Assembly: GCA_030390025.1 (NCBI GenBank)
Contig: CM059431.1
Location: forward strand, 155,622,001-155,686,000
From: Squalus acanthias
Taxonomy: Eukaryota
Length of the DNA stretch: 64,000 nt
Direction: 5' to 3'
Of the stretch, positions 27,001 to 39,384 are shown in pieces. Under the pieces are notes generated by a model that was given only the letters and a program-made list of their open reading frames with translations, searched no databases and was not told where the DNA came from. The translations under genes were made by a program, and so were the position numbers. Within the stretch, counting starts at the first letter, position 1. Every line of letters begins with the position of its first letter.

Positions 27001-27428
27001 AGGGATGTACACACTGGAGTTTAGAAGATTGAGAGGGGACCTCATAGAAGTGTATAAAATTCTGACAGGTCTAGACAGATTAGATGCAGAAGGAATGTTT
27101 CCCTTGGCGGGTGAGAACAGAACTAGAGGACATAATTTAAGGATAAGGGCTAAACCATTTAGGACAGAAATGAGGGGGAATTTCTTCACTCAGAGAGTGG
27201 TGAACCTGTGGAACTCATTGCCACAGAGGGCAGTGTACGCCAGCTCATTAAATATATTTAAGAGGGAATTAGATATATTTCTACAGGCAAAAGGGGTTAA
27301 GGGTTACGGAGAGAAGGCGGGGACGGGATACTGAATTGAAGGATCAGCCATGATCTCATTAAATGGCGGAGCAGGCTCGAAGGGCCGGATGGCCTACTCC
27401 TGCTCCTATCTTCTATGTATCTATGTAT
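24060..27428 (+). mobile_element. Young CR1 LINE: 3' part of ORF1 (SGNH esterase), stop-free ORF2 and 3' UTR
   Basis: ORF1 remnant KVVISGLLP...RDGLHL...EHLN*, uninterrupted ORF2, tail ctatcttctatgtatctatgtat. Confidence 0.97.
24368..27334 (+). CDS. CR1 ORF2: APE endonuclease + reverse transcriptase, stop-free
   Basis: Frame open from 24368 (after TAA at 24365). Motifs LYLNARS, ITETW, GDFN, SDH, QGSVLGP, FADD and RPHLEYC. First in-frame ATG is at 25148. Confidence 0.93.
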   Translation, partial: SSSGAFKLVWQGARNPCSEIEESERQTEINGKKERNKKQRAKLIHKKCEHKKSLRVLYLNARSIRNKVDELAVEIEVNNYDLIGITETWLQGEQGWELNIQGYSVFRKDRQKRKGGGVALLVKEGINAIERKDINSVNTESIWVELRNSEGRKTLIGVVYRPPNSKIEVGEGITREIREACNKSTAVIIGDFNLHIDWTSLISKNNEEEEFLECLRDGYLDQYVEEPTREQAILDWVLCNEKGLISNLVVRGPLGQSDHNMIDFSLEMESEEIDSETQVLNLNKGNYDAIRRELSRSDWTTFLGGLEVDKQWQAFKDRMTKLQKLFIPIWHKRKSKKVTQPWITGEIRDSIKSKDRAYKIAKKRARAEDWEQFKIEQRRAKGLIKKGKIAYESKLAENIKTNSKSFYKYIKRKRLVKTKVGPLQSDTGEYIMGNKEMADQLNAYFGSVFTKEDTKNLPGISGKIGTLAKEELTQINISKDMVLRKLKGLKADKSPGPDNMHPRVLKEVALEIADALSMIFQNSLDSGTVPMDWRVANVTPLFKKGGREKAGNYRPVSLTSVVGKMLESIIKDEIAEHLANGDRIGQSQHGFTKGKSCLTNLLEFFEGVTGKIDGGEPVDVVYLDFQKAFDKVPHKRLAWKIEAHGIKGKVLTWIENWLSDRKQRVGINGSFSEWQAVTSGAPQGSVLGPQLFTIYINDLDQGVECSISKFADDTKLGGGVGSEEETRKLQSDLDRLGDWADKWQMHYNVDKCEVIHLGCRNGRANYYLNGNKLGEGEVQRDLGVLVHQSLKASMQVQQAVKKANGMLAFIAKGLEYRNRDTLLQLYRALVRPHLEYCVQFWSPHLRKDVLAMEGVQRRFTRLIPGMAGLTYEERLCSLGMYTLEFRRLRGDLIEVYKILTGLDRLDAEGMFPLAGENRTRGHNLRIRAKPFRTEMRGNFFTQRVVNLWNSLPQRAVYASSLNIFKRELDIFLQAKGVKGYGEKAGTGY

Positions 27429-27994
27429 ACCCCCCAGCTACACCTTAACTCATCCCTACAATATCCAAGCCATTATTTACACACTCATTAGCATTGCGAG
27501 GGGCCCGTTATTTCTTAACATTCACTGCAACTCGCCAAGCCACTTCCAGTGGTGCACTCACATCTGTCCAAGAAGGGAAAGTGTTGAAAATAGAGATTTC
27601 AATATTTCACAGCACATTAACAGAAACTTTACATGAAGATAGGATAAAATAGCCAAGTGGCTCCCGTTGTCTGTTGTTAGTTATTATGATTCCATTTGGA
27701 TGAGGGTGAGTGTGAGGGGTGGGTAGTAAATGGGGATGTGATAACGTAGATGGAGAGGAAAGGTTAGGTGAAGATGCAAAGTTATGTTGATGCGACTAAG
27801 GATGTGCTGGAGAAGGGCAGAGAAGACAGAGTGATGGGGATGTAATGAGAGGCATAGCAGGATGAAGTAACTGTGGCTTTGTTTTAACGTTTCGTGATCT
27901 AATGGGATCCTTGAACCGTTTTTGGCACTGCAACCAGCTCCTCCTGACGACATCACTGGTTGTGACCTCCTCTGCAATGTATAACCAGGTGGCT

Positions 27995-28165
27995 CCACTT
28001 CGAACACTTCCGTCTCAGCGAGTTCCACAACACTCGCTGCATAAAAAATATTTTCCTCACATCCATCCTGTATCTCTTGTCTAAACATTAAAACTGTGGC
28101 CCCTAGTCGTAGTCCCATCAGCTAGACTTTGCCTGTCTAGCCTATCCAAACCCTTCTTAATCTTG
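27995..28165 (-). mobile_element. Old CR1 3' fragment, continuing at 36568-36645
   Basis: Degenerate C-terminal ORF2 sequence on both sides of the 28166-36567 nest. Confidence 0.55.
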
Positions 28166-29120
28166 CAGAAACATAGAAACACAGAAACATAGAAGATAGG
28201 AGCAGGAGTAGGTCATTCGGCCCCTCGAGCCTGCTCCGCCATTCGATGAGATCATGGCTGATCATCCAAACTCAGTACCCTGTACCTGCCTTCTCCCCAT
28301 ATCCCTTGATACCTTTAGCTTTAAGAAATATATCTAACTCATTCTTGAATATATTTAATGCCTTGCCCTCAACTACCTTCTGTGGTAGAGAATTGCACAG
28401 GTTCACCACTCTCTGGGTGAAAAAAATCTTCCTCATTTCTGTCCGAAATGGCTTACCCCTTATCCTTAGATTATGACCCCTGGTTCTGGACTCTCCGACG
28501 ATCGCGAACATTCTTCCTGCATCTAGTTTGTCCAGACCTGTCACAATGTTATATGTTTCGATGAGATCCCCTCTCATTCTTCTATACTCCAGCGAGTATA
28601 AGCCCAATCGACCCAATCTCTCCTCATATGTCATATGTCATTCTTGCCATCGCAGCTATCAGCCTTGTGAATCTTCGCTGAACTCCCTCCATTGCAAGAA
28701 CATTCTTCCTCAGATAAGGCGACCAAAACTGCACACAGTACTCTAGGTGTGGTTCTCACCAAGGCCCTGTACAACTGCAGCAGGACATCCATGTTCCTAT
28801 ACTCAAACCCTTTTGTTATGAAGGCCAATATACCATTTGCCTTCTTCACCGCCTGCTGCACCTGCATGCTTACCTTCAGCGACTGGTTGCACAAGGACAC
28901 CTAGGTCTCGTAGCACGTCCCCTTCTCCCATTCTATTGCCATTCAGATAATAGTCTACCTTTCTGTTTATGACAGCAAAGTGGATAACCTCGCATGTATC
29001 CACGTTATATTGCATCAGCCACGCTTCTGCCCACTCACCCAACCTGTCCAAATCATCCTGGAGTTTCTCGGTATCCTCATCGGAGCACACACGCCCACCC
29101 AACTTTGTGTCTTCTGCAAA
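28166..29120 (-). mobile_element. CR1 copy A, 3' part (5' part at 36183-36567)
   Basis: Homologous to 29121-30061. Tail agaaacatagaaacacagaaacatag. Confidence 0.9.
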
Positions 29121-32057
29121 CATAGAAACATAGAAACATAGAAGATAGGAGCAGGAGCAGGCCATTCGGCCCCTCGAGCCTGCTCCGCCATTGGATGAGA
29201 TCATGGCTGATCATCCAAACTCAGTCCCCTGTACCTGCCTTCTCCCCATATCCCCTGATACCTTTAGCTTTAAGAAATATATCTGACTCAGTCTTGAATA
29301 TATTTAATGACTTGGCCTCAACTACCTTCTGTGGTAGACAATTCCACAGGTTCACCACTCTCTGGGTGAAGAAATTCTTCCTCAGTTCTGTCTTAAAGGG
29401 CTTACCCGTAATCCTTATATTATGACTCCTGGTTCTGGACTCTCCTACCATCAGGAACATTCTTCCTGCGTCTAGTTTGTCCAGACCTATCAGAATTGTA
29501 TATGTTTCGATGAGATCCCCTCTCATTCTTCTATACTCCAGCGAGTATAAGCCCAATTGACCCAATCTCTCCTCATGTGTCATTCCTGCCATCCCAGGTA
29601 TCAGCCTTGTGAATCTTCGCTGACCTCCATCAAATGCAAGAACATCCTTCCTCAGATGAGTCGACCAAAACTGCACACAGTACTCAAGGTGTGGTTCTCA
29701 CCAAGGCCCTGTAAAACTGCAGCAGGACATCCCTGTTCCTATACTCAAACCCTTTCGCTATGAAGGCCAACATACCATTTGCCATCTTCACCGCCTGCTG
29801 CACCTGCATGCTTACTTTCAGCGACTGGTGCACAAGGACACCTAGGTGTCGTAGCACTTCCCCTTCTCTCAATCTATTGCCATTCAGATAATAGGCTGCC
29901 TTTCTGTTTTTGACACCAAAGTGGATAACCTCGCACTTATCCACGTTATATTGCATCTGCCACGCTTCTGCCCACTCACCCAAACTGTCCAAATCATCCT
30001 GGAGTTTCTCGGTAACCTCCTCGCAGCACACACTCCCACCCAGCTTTGTGTCATCTGCAAACTTGGAGATATTACATTTAGTTCCCTTATCTAGATCATT
30101 AATGTATATTGTGAATAGCTGGTGTCCAAGGTCCGATCCCTGCGGTACCACACTAGTCACTGCTTGCCACTCGGAAAAAGACCCATTCATTCCTAATCTC
30201 TGCTTTCTGTCCACCAACCAGTTCTCTATCCAAGTCAATACCTTGCCCCCAATCCCATGCGCCTTAACTTTACACGCTAATCTCTTATGCGGGACCTTAT
30301 CGAAAGCCTTTTGAAAGTCCAATACACCACATCTGCTGGTTCTCCCTTATTTATTTTCCCAGTGACATCCTCAAAAAATTCCAGTAGATTCGTGAAGCAC
30401 GATTTCCCTTTTGTAATTCCATGTTGACTTTGTCCGATCCTGTCACTGTTTTATAAGTGCTCAGCTATTACATCATTTTCAAGGACTCTAGCATTTTCCC
30501 CAATACCGATGTCAGGCTCACCGGTCTGTACTTCCCCGCTTTCTCTCTACCACCCTTTTTGAATAGTGGGGTAAAAATGGCTATCCTCCAGTCCATGGGT
30601 ACAGTTCCAGATTCCATCGAATGTTGGAAGATGATCAGCAATGCATCTACTATTTCTGGGGCCACTTCCTTAAGTGCTCTAGGATGTAGATTATCAGGCC
30701 CTGGGGATTTATCGGAGTTCAATCCCGTCAATTTCCCTAACACCATTTCCCTGCAAATACTGATTTCTTTCAGTTCCTCACTTTCATTAGACCGTATGTT
30801 CTCCAACATCTCTGGGAGGTTATTTGTTTCCTCCTTTGTGAAGACAGAACCAAAATATGCATTTAATTGGTCTGCCATTTCTTTGTTCCTCTTTATAACT
30901 TCCCCCGCTTCTGACTGCAAGGGACCTACACTTGATTTCACTAATCTTTTTCTCTTCACATATCTGTAAAAGCTCTTACAGTCAGTTTTAATGTTCCCAG
31001 CAAGATTACTTTCATATTCTATTTTCCCCTTCTTAATTAATCCCTTTGTCTTCCTTTGTTGAATTATAAACTGCACCCAATCCTCACGGCTACCGCTTTT
31101 TCTGGCCAATTTATATGCCCTCTCCTTGGATCTTATGCCATCCCTAATTTCCCTTGTTAGCCACGGTTGAGTCACCCGTTTTGCTTTATTCTTATGCCAC
31201 ACTGGGATGAACAAATTCTATAGTTTATTCATGCAGTCTTTGAATGTTTGCCATTGCCTATCCACCGTCAACACCTTGAGTGACATTCCCCAATCAATCC
31301 TACCCAATTCGCGCCTCATAACATCGTATTTTCCTTTATTCAAATTCAGGACCCTAGTCTCTGATTCAACGACTTCAATCTCCATCCTGATGAAGAATTA
31401 TATCATATTATGATCGTTCTGACCCAAGGGGCCTCGTACAACAAGATTGCAAATTAATCCTTTCTCGTTACATAATACCCAGTCTAAGATGGCCTGATCT
31501 CTGATTGGTTCCTCGACATATTGTTCCAGAAAACCATTTCATAAACATTCTAGGAATTCCTCCTCCACAGTATTTTTACTAATTTGGTCATCCCAATCTA
31601 TATATAAATTAAAGTCACCCATGATGACTGCTTTCCCCTACTGCATGCTTCTCTAATTTCCCTTTTAATGCCGTCCCCAACCTCCGTATTACTGTTTGGA
31701 GGTCTATATAGCACTCCAACTAACGTTTTCTGTCCCTTGTTATTTCTCAGTTCTACCCATACAGATTCCGGATCATCAGAGCTAATATCCTTCCTTTCAA
31801 TTGTGTTAATCCCTGTTTTAACCAGCAATGCTACACCACCTCCCATTCTTGTTTGCCTATCATTCCTAAATATAGAATAACCCTGGATGTTGAGTTCCCA
31901 GCCTTGGCCACCCTAGAGCCATGTTTCTGTAATCCCAATCAAATCGTATTCATTTACCTCTATTTGCGCAGCTAATTCATCCACCTTGTTCCGAATGCTT
32001 CTTGCATTAAGACACAAAGCCTTCAGGCTTGTTTTTTTAACGCTCTCAGACCTATAT

Positions 32058-33950
32058 GTGACAGGGGGTTGGGAACCTGAGCAGGGAGAAAGAGGATAGC
32101 ATGTCAGGAAGGGACAGAAGTTATGGAGTAAAATGTAAAGTGTTAAATAAGGAAAAAGCAGGAAGTAAGTGTCACAAAACACATTTGAAAGTTCTTTATC
32201 TGAATGCACGTAGCATTCGTAACAAAATTGACGAGTAAACGGCACAAATAACTATGCATGGGAATGATCTTGTGGCCATTACAGAAACATGGCTTCAGGG
32301 TGACAACGTCTGGGAATTAAAGATGCCAGGGTATTTAACAAACTCCCTGGACTCAGCAAAGTACCCGGCAGATTGGAAAACTGCTAATGTAACACCCTTA
32401 TTTAAATAGGGTTGCAGGCAGAAGGCTGGAAATTATAGACCAGTCAGCCTAACATCTGTGGTGGGTAAAATTTTGGAGTCTATTATTAAGGAGACAGTAA
32501 CGGAACATTTAGATAAACATAATTTAATAGGACAAAGTCAGCATGGCTTTATGAAGCGGAAGTCATGTCTGACAAATTTGCTCCAGTTCTTTGAGGACAT
32601 AACGTAGAGGGTGGATAAAAGGGAACCGGTGAATGTAGTTTATTTAGACTTCCAGAAGGCATTCCACAAGGTGCCACATAAAAGATTATTACTCAAGTTA
32701 AAAAATCACTGGATTGGGGGTAATATTCTGGCATGGGTTGAGAATTGTTTATCTAACAGGAAGCAGAGAGTTGGGATAAATGCTTCATTCTCGGACTGGC
32801 AACCAGTAGCCAGTGCTGTTCCGCAGGGGTCGGTGCTGGGTCCCCAACTCTTTACAATCTATATTAACGATTTGGAGGAGGGGACCGAGTGTAACATGTC
32901 AAAGTTTGCAGATGATACAAAGATGGGAGGGAAAGTAGAGAGTGAGGAGGACATAAAAAACCTACAAGGGGATATAGACAGGCTGGGTGAGTGGGCAGAT
33001 ATTTGGCAGATGCAATTCAATATTGGAAAATGTGAGGTTATGCACTTTGGCAGGAAAAATCAGAGAGCAAGTTATTATCTTAATGGCGAGAAACTGGAAA
33101 GTACTGCAGTACAAAGGGATCTGGGGGTCTTGATGCAAGAAAATCAAAAAGTTAGTATGTAGGTGCAGCAGGTGATCAAGAAAGCCAATGGAATTTTGGC
33201 TTTTATTGCTAGGGGGATAGAATATAAAAACAGGGAGGTATTGCTGCAGTTGTATAGGGTATTGGTGAGACCGCACCTGAAGTACCGCATACAATTTTGG
33301 TGTCCATACTTAAGAAAATATATTCTTGCTCTCGAGGCAGTACAGAGAAGGTTCACTCGGTTAATTCCAGGGATGAGGGGGTGGACATATGAGGAGAGCT
33401 TGAGTAGATTGGGACTCTACTCATTGGAGTTCAGAAGAATGAGAGGCGATCTTATTGAAACATATAAGATTGTGAATGGGCTTGATCGGGTGGACGCGGT
33501 GAGGATGTTCCCAATGATGGGTGAAACTAGAACTAAGGGACATAATCTTAGAATAAGGGGCTCCTCTTTCAAAACTGAGATGAGGAGAAACTTTTTCACT
33601 CAGAGGGTAGTGGGTCTGTGGAATTTGCTACTCCAGGAAGCTGTGGAAGCTACTTCATTAAATAAATTTAAAACAGAAATAGACCGTTTCCTAGAAGTAA
33701 AGGGAATCAGGGGTTACGGGGAGCGTGCTGGAAATTGGACATGAGTTTGTGTTCGGATCGGTCAAGGCCCTATGGGTGGAGGAGCGGTACCAGGGGCCGA
33801 GTTGTCTGGTCCTGCTCCTGCTTCTTGTGTTCATCAGAGTTGAGGTTGGATCAGATCTGCCATTATCTCATTGAATGGCGGAGCAGGCTCGAGGGGCCGA
33901 TTGGTCTACTCCTGCTCGTATTTCTTATGTTCTTATGTGCTTATGTTCTT
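32058..33950 (+). mobile_element. CR1 LINE, internally deleted, inserted into copy B
   Basis: APE start (LKVLYLNARSIRNK...ITETWL) jumps at ~32340 to RT (NSLDS...YRPVSLTS). ORFs 32611-33744. tatatg occurs at both junctions. Confidence 0.9.
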
Positions 33951-34600
33951 ATATGAATTATTATTTACTGTGACCATGTTTGATTTAAACCGTGTAGTTC
34001 TTTGCCTTCTACTTTTGCTTTTCTCCTTCCTGTCTTTTGCTTTTATCATTGTTTCCCTTTCTCTGTCTCCCTGCTCAGGTTCCCAACCCCCTGCCACTTT
34101 AGTTTAAACCCTCCCCAACAGCACTAGCAAACACTCCCCCTAGGACATCCGATCCGGCCCTGCCCAGGTGCAGACCGTCCCGTTTGTACTGGTCCCACCT
34201 CCCCCAGAAACGGTTCCAATGTCCACGGATTTTGAATCCCTCCCCCTTGCACCATTCCTCTAGCCACTTATTCATTTGGAATATCCTCCTATTTCTACTC
34301 TGACTAGCACGTGGCACTGGTAGCAATCCTGAGATTACTACCTTTGAGGTCCTCTTTTTTAATTTACCTCCTAACTCCCTATATTCTGCTTTTAGGACCT
34401 CATCCCGTTTTTTACCTATATCGTTGATGCCTATGTGCACCACGACAACTGGCTGCTCGCCCTCCCCTCCAAAATGTTCTGTAGCCGCTGCGAGATGTCC
34501 TTGACCCTTGCAACAGGGAGGCAGCACACCATCCTGGAGTCTCGATTGCGGCTGCAGAAACGCCTATCTATTCCCCTTACAATGAATCCCCTATCACTAT

Positions 34601-35310
34601 GGGCCGAAACTCTCGCGTATTCCCACTCCAATTGCCGGTTTTCTGCATGCCCTGCGCATGCGCTGAAAACCGGCAATTGCTCTTCTGAAAAGGGGGCGGG
34701 TCCTGGGTGCATCGCGTGCGCGCTACAGGCTGCGCGCACGCTGTGCACTTCATGCATTGGACGCGCAGGTAAGTAGGGAAGATTTTGGAAATGTAAAAAG
34801 GAGGAGTAAGACCCGCTTTTAAGAAGGTAAGTAGTGAATTAAGTATTTTTTTGAATTTTTTTTTACAGGTATATCTTTTTTAGAGACTTTAAAGACAGGT
34901 AAGTTTATTTTTATAACTTTTTAAAAGATTTTAAATTTTTTCAAAAATTTAATTTTTTATTTTAAATGGTTAATTTAATTAACTATACTTATTTTATTAA
35001 CGTGATGGGTTTTTTTTTAAATTTAATTGAGGTTTAGCTGTTATTTTGGGGGGGTGTAAGATTCATAGATTGCACAGCCATGCTGTGAGACTTATGAATG
35101 GAAGATGGTGTGCTGCCATTGGCTCTAACTGAGTCACGTGATCCCACAGCTCGCACGAATTCACTACGCCGCTGGGATACGCAAGCCCAGCACAGCTGAT
35201 GTCTGGAACATCAAGTTCGTGCGAGCTGGATCTGAAAAAGCATAAGCGAGGTGAGACATCGCGGGGAAGGCTTACCCCCGCGGGAACGGAGCGAGATCAA
35301 TTTCTGGGCC
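34601..35310 (+). mobile_element. MITE copy 3, inserted in CR1 ORF1 with a 3-bp TSD (TAT)
   Basis: cacTAT|gggccgaaac...aatttctgggcc|TATagc. Removing it restores RAIVIGDS on the minus strand. Confidence 0.85.
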
Positions 35311-36042
35311 TATAGCTCTTGCACACTTTTTCCTCCCAGCCTGTGCAGCAGAGCCACCCATGGTGCCAGGAAGTTGGCTGCTGCCGCCTTCCCCTGGTAA
35401 TTCGTCCCCCCCCAACAGCATCCAAAGAGGTATATCTGTTTGAGAGGGGGATGGCCACAGGGAACCCCTGCACTACCTGCCTGCACCTCTTTCTTTGCCT
35501 GGTGTTCAATCATTCACTTCCTGCCTGTACACCCTTTATCTGCGGTGTGACCAACTCGCTAAACGAGTTATTCACGACGTTCTCAGCGTCGCGAATTCTC
35601 CAATATGCATCTATCCGCAGCTCCAGCGCCGCAATGCGGTCCGTCAGTAGCTGCAGCTGGATACATTTCCCACACACATGGTAGTCAGGGACACAGGAAG
35701 TGTCCCTGATTTCCCACATATTGCAGGAGGAGGATATCACGGCGCCGAGCTCTGCTGCCATGACTTACCCTTTAATTAATTAATTAAAATTAAACTAATT
35801 GAATCCCACCAACTTCACTTCAATTAAATGATATACTCAAGGGCCCTTGCTTAACAGAAGTCCCCGCTACACCACAGAGACTCTAGAAACTATAAACCAC
35901 AGAATTTAAGTATGGAAAAAAGGAGAAAAAGAGAAATACTCACCAACCAATCACTTACCTGCTTTCTGGTGACGTCACAACTTGATTATTGTTTACTTCT
36001 CTCTCTCCCGCTCTCGGGGCTCAGATCGTTAAGCCTAAATGT

Positions 36043-36180
36043 TCGCCGCCTCTTTTAACTCTTCCGCCTTGCCGTAGCCGCTCCACCCACGTCCGCCGCC
36101 TCTGTGGGCCTACCTGGTCGCCGCCTCTTTTAACTGCTCCGCCTCGCCGCAGCCGCTCTACCCAGGTCCGCCGCCTCTGT
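36043..36180 (-). repeat. Two ~75-bp GC-rich tandem monomers at the CR1 5' end
   Basis: tcgccgcctcttttaact...ccgccgcctctgt starts at 36043 and again at 36118. Confidence 0.8.
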
Positions 36181-36182
36181 CG

Positions 36183-36567
36183 TGGAGATATTACATGTAG
36201 TTCCCTTATCTAGAACATTAATATATATTGTTAATGTCTGATGTCCAAGGACCGATCCCTGCGGTACCCCACTCGTCATTGCCTGCCACTCGTAAAAATA
36301 CCCATTAATTCCCACTCTCTGCTTCCTGGCCGCAAACCAGTTCTCTATCCAATTCAATGCCTTGCCCCAATCCCATGTGCCTTAACTTTACATGCTAATC
36401 TCTTATGCGGGACGTTATCGAAAGCCTTTTGAAAGTCCAAATACACCACATCTACTCGTTCTCCCTTATCTATTTTCCCAGTTACATCCTCAATAAATTC
36501 CAGTACATTAGTCAAGCACGATTTAACTTTTGTAAATCCATGTTGACTTTGTCCGATCCTGTCACTT
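36183..36567 (-). mobile_element. CR1 copy A, 5' part
   Basis: Homologous to 30064-30447; resumes where 28166-29120 stops. Confidence 0.85.
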
Positions 36568-36644
36568 TACAACAATTATCTAATCGCCCCTTATCTTATT
36601 TTGCTCCAATGAAAACAAATCCAGCTCCTCCAACCTGTCACGTA

Positions 36645-39310
36645 TTCCCACAGTGCTGGTAGGGATGGAGATTCAGGATTTTAACCCAACGACGATGAAG
36701 GAATGGCGTTATACTTCCAAGTCAGGATGGTGTTTGACTTGGAGGGGAATTGGAGGTAGTGGTGTTCACTGGCGCCTGCTGCCCTTGTCTTTCTAGGTCT
36801 TTGAGGTCGCGGGTTTGGGAGATGCTGCCGAAGAAGCCTTGGCGAGTTGCTGCAGTGCATCTTATAGATGGTACACACTGCAGCCAGGGTACACCGGTGC
36901 TGGAGGCAGTGGAGGTTTAAGGTGGTGGATGGGGTTCCAATCAAGCGGGCTGCTTTTTCCTGGATGGTCGAGCGTCTGGACTTTTGTTGGAGCTGCAACT
37001 CATCCAGGCAAGTGGTGAGTATTCCATCGCACTCCTTATTTTGCTTTTTAGATGGTGAAAAGGCTTTGGGAGTCAGGAAGTGAGACACTGACCTGCTCTT
37101 GTTGCCATAGTATTATGTGGCTGGTCCAGTTAAGTTTCTGGTCAGTGCTAACCCCCAGGATATTGATGATGGGGAATTCGACTTGGTAATGCCGTTGCAT
37201 GTAAAGGGTCTGTGGTCAGACTCTCGCTTGTTGGAGATAGTCATTGCCTGGCACTTCTGAGGCGTGAATGTTTCCTGCCACTTATCAGCCCGAGCCTCAA
37301 TATCGTCCAGGTTTTATTGCATGCCGGCATGTAGTGCTTCTTTATCGGAGGAGTTGCGAATAGTACTGAACACTGTGCAGTCTTCAGCAAACATCCCCTT
37401 TTCTGAAGTTATGTTGGAGGGAAGGTCTTTGATGAAGCATCTGAAGGTGTTTGGTCCTAAGACACTGCCCTGAGGAACACATACAGGAATGTCCTGGGGC
37501 TGTGATGATTCAACTTCAAACACCAGAACCATCTTCCTATTTGCTAGGTATGACGCCAGCCCGTGGAGAGTTTACCCCTCGATTCCCATAGACTACAGTT
37601 TTATTAGGGCTCCTTGATGACATACTCTGTCAAATGCTGTCTTGATTTGAAGGGCAGTCACTTTCACCTCACCTGTGGAATTCAGCTCTTTTTTCCATAT
37701 TTCGCACAAGACTGTAATGAGCTAATGAGCCGAGTGGTCTTGGCGTAACCTAAACTTGGCATCAGTGAGCAGGTTATTGGTGAGTAAGTGCTGCTTGATA
37801 GCCCTGATGATAAAAACTTCCCGCACTTTGATGATGATTGAGAGCAGACTGATTGGGCGGTAATTGACAGGCTTGGCTTTGTCCTGCTTTATGTGAACAG
37901 GACACAGCTGGTTAGTTTTCCACATTGTCGGATAGATGCACAGTGCTGTAGCTGTAATGGAACAGCTTGGATAGATGCACGGCTAGTTCTGGAGCACTAG
38001 TCTTCAGCACAATAGCCGGGATGTAGTCGTGGCCCATAGCATTTGCTGTATCCAATCCGCTCAGCCGTTTCTTCATATCACATGGAATTAATCGAATTGG
38101 CTGAAGTCTGTCTTCTGTGATGGTGGGGGCCTGAGGAGCAGGCCGATATGGATCATCCACTTGGCACTTCTGGCTGAAGATAGTTGCAAACACTTCAGCC
38201 TTGTATTTTGCACTCACGTGCTGGGCTCCACCGTCATTGAGGATGAAGGTATTCATGGAGCCTCCTCCTCCTCCCGTTAGTTGTGTAATGGTCCACCATC
38301 ATCTCGACTGGATGTAGCAGGACGGCAAAACTTTGATCTGATCCATTGATTGTGGGATCGCTTAGCCCTGTCTAAAGCATTTTGCTTCCGCTTCTATAGC
38401 CCTGCGTGGCAGCTTCCCCAAATTGGCACCTTATTTTTAGGTACGCCTGCTGCTGCTGGCATGCTCTTCTACACTTCTTATTGAACCAGGGTTGGTCCCT
38501 TGGCTTGAAGATTGAGGGATATACCGAGCCATGAGTTTACAGATTGTGGTGGAATACAATTCTGCTGCTGGCCCACAGCGCCTCGTGGATGCCTAATTTT
38601 GAACTACTGAATCTATTCTGAATCTATCCCACTTAGCACGTTCGTAGTGCCACACAACACGATGGAGGGTGTCCTCAATCTGAAGACGGAACTTCATCTC
38701 CACAATGGCCGTGCGGTGGTCACTACTAACAATACTGTCATGGGCAGATGCATCTGCGACAGCTAGGTTGGTGAGGACGAGATCAAGTCCGTTTTTCCCT
38801 CGTGTTGGTTCTCTCACCACCTGTCGCAGGCCCAAACTAGCAGTTATGTCCTTCAGCATTCGGCCAGCAGTGATGCTACCGAGTCACTCTTGTCAATGGG
38901 CATTGAAGTCCCCCACCCAGCAGTGCATTCTGTGCCCTTGCTGCTTATTCCAAGTGGTGTTCCACATTAAGGAGTACTGATTCATCAGCTGAGGGAGGCG
39001 CTAATCAGCAGGAGGTTTCCTTGCCCATCCATGCTTGACCTGCAGCCATGAGACTTCGTGGGTTCCAGAGTCAATGTTGTGAACTCCCAGGGCCACTCCT
39101 TTCCCGACTGTATACTACTGTGCTGCCACCCCTAGTGGGTCTGACCTGCTGGTGAGCTAATACATAACTCAGTAACGGCGATGAAGGAGTTTGGGACATT
39201 GGCTGAAAGGTACGATTCTTTGAGTATGACTATATCAGGCTGTTGCTTGACTATTCTGTGTGACGATTTTGGGCACAATTCCCCAGCTGTTTGTGAGGAG
39301 GACTTTACAG
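36645..39310 (-). mobile_element. Second LINE family (APE+RT, CR1/L2 group), decayed
   Basis: QQPDIVILKESYL and LDLVLTN...SDH (APE); NYRPISLLSII, VPQGSVLGP and MFAED (RT). Confidence 0.85.
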
Positions 39311-39384
39311 GATCGACTGAGCTGGGTGTGCTATTGCCGTGCCCGTAGTAGGTGTCGAGTTGTCCGTCATGGTCCATTCTTATT

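Larger units (their letters stand above)
29121..36182 (-). mobile_element. Full-length but decayed CR1 copy B (5'UTR, ORF1 zinc finger/coiled coil/SGNH esterase, ORF2) with two internal insertions
   Basis: ORF1 starts MAAELGAVISSSCNMWE...VCGKC at 35761; esterase motifs RAIVIGDS, HIGINDIG and DGLHL; ORF2 fragments at 29221-32030. Confidence 0.92.
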
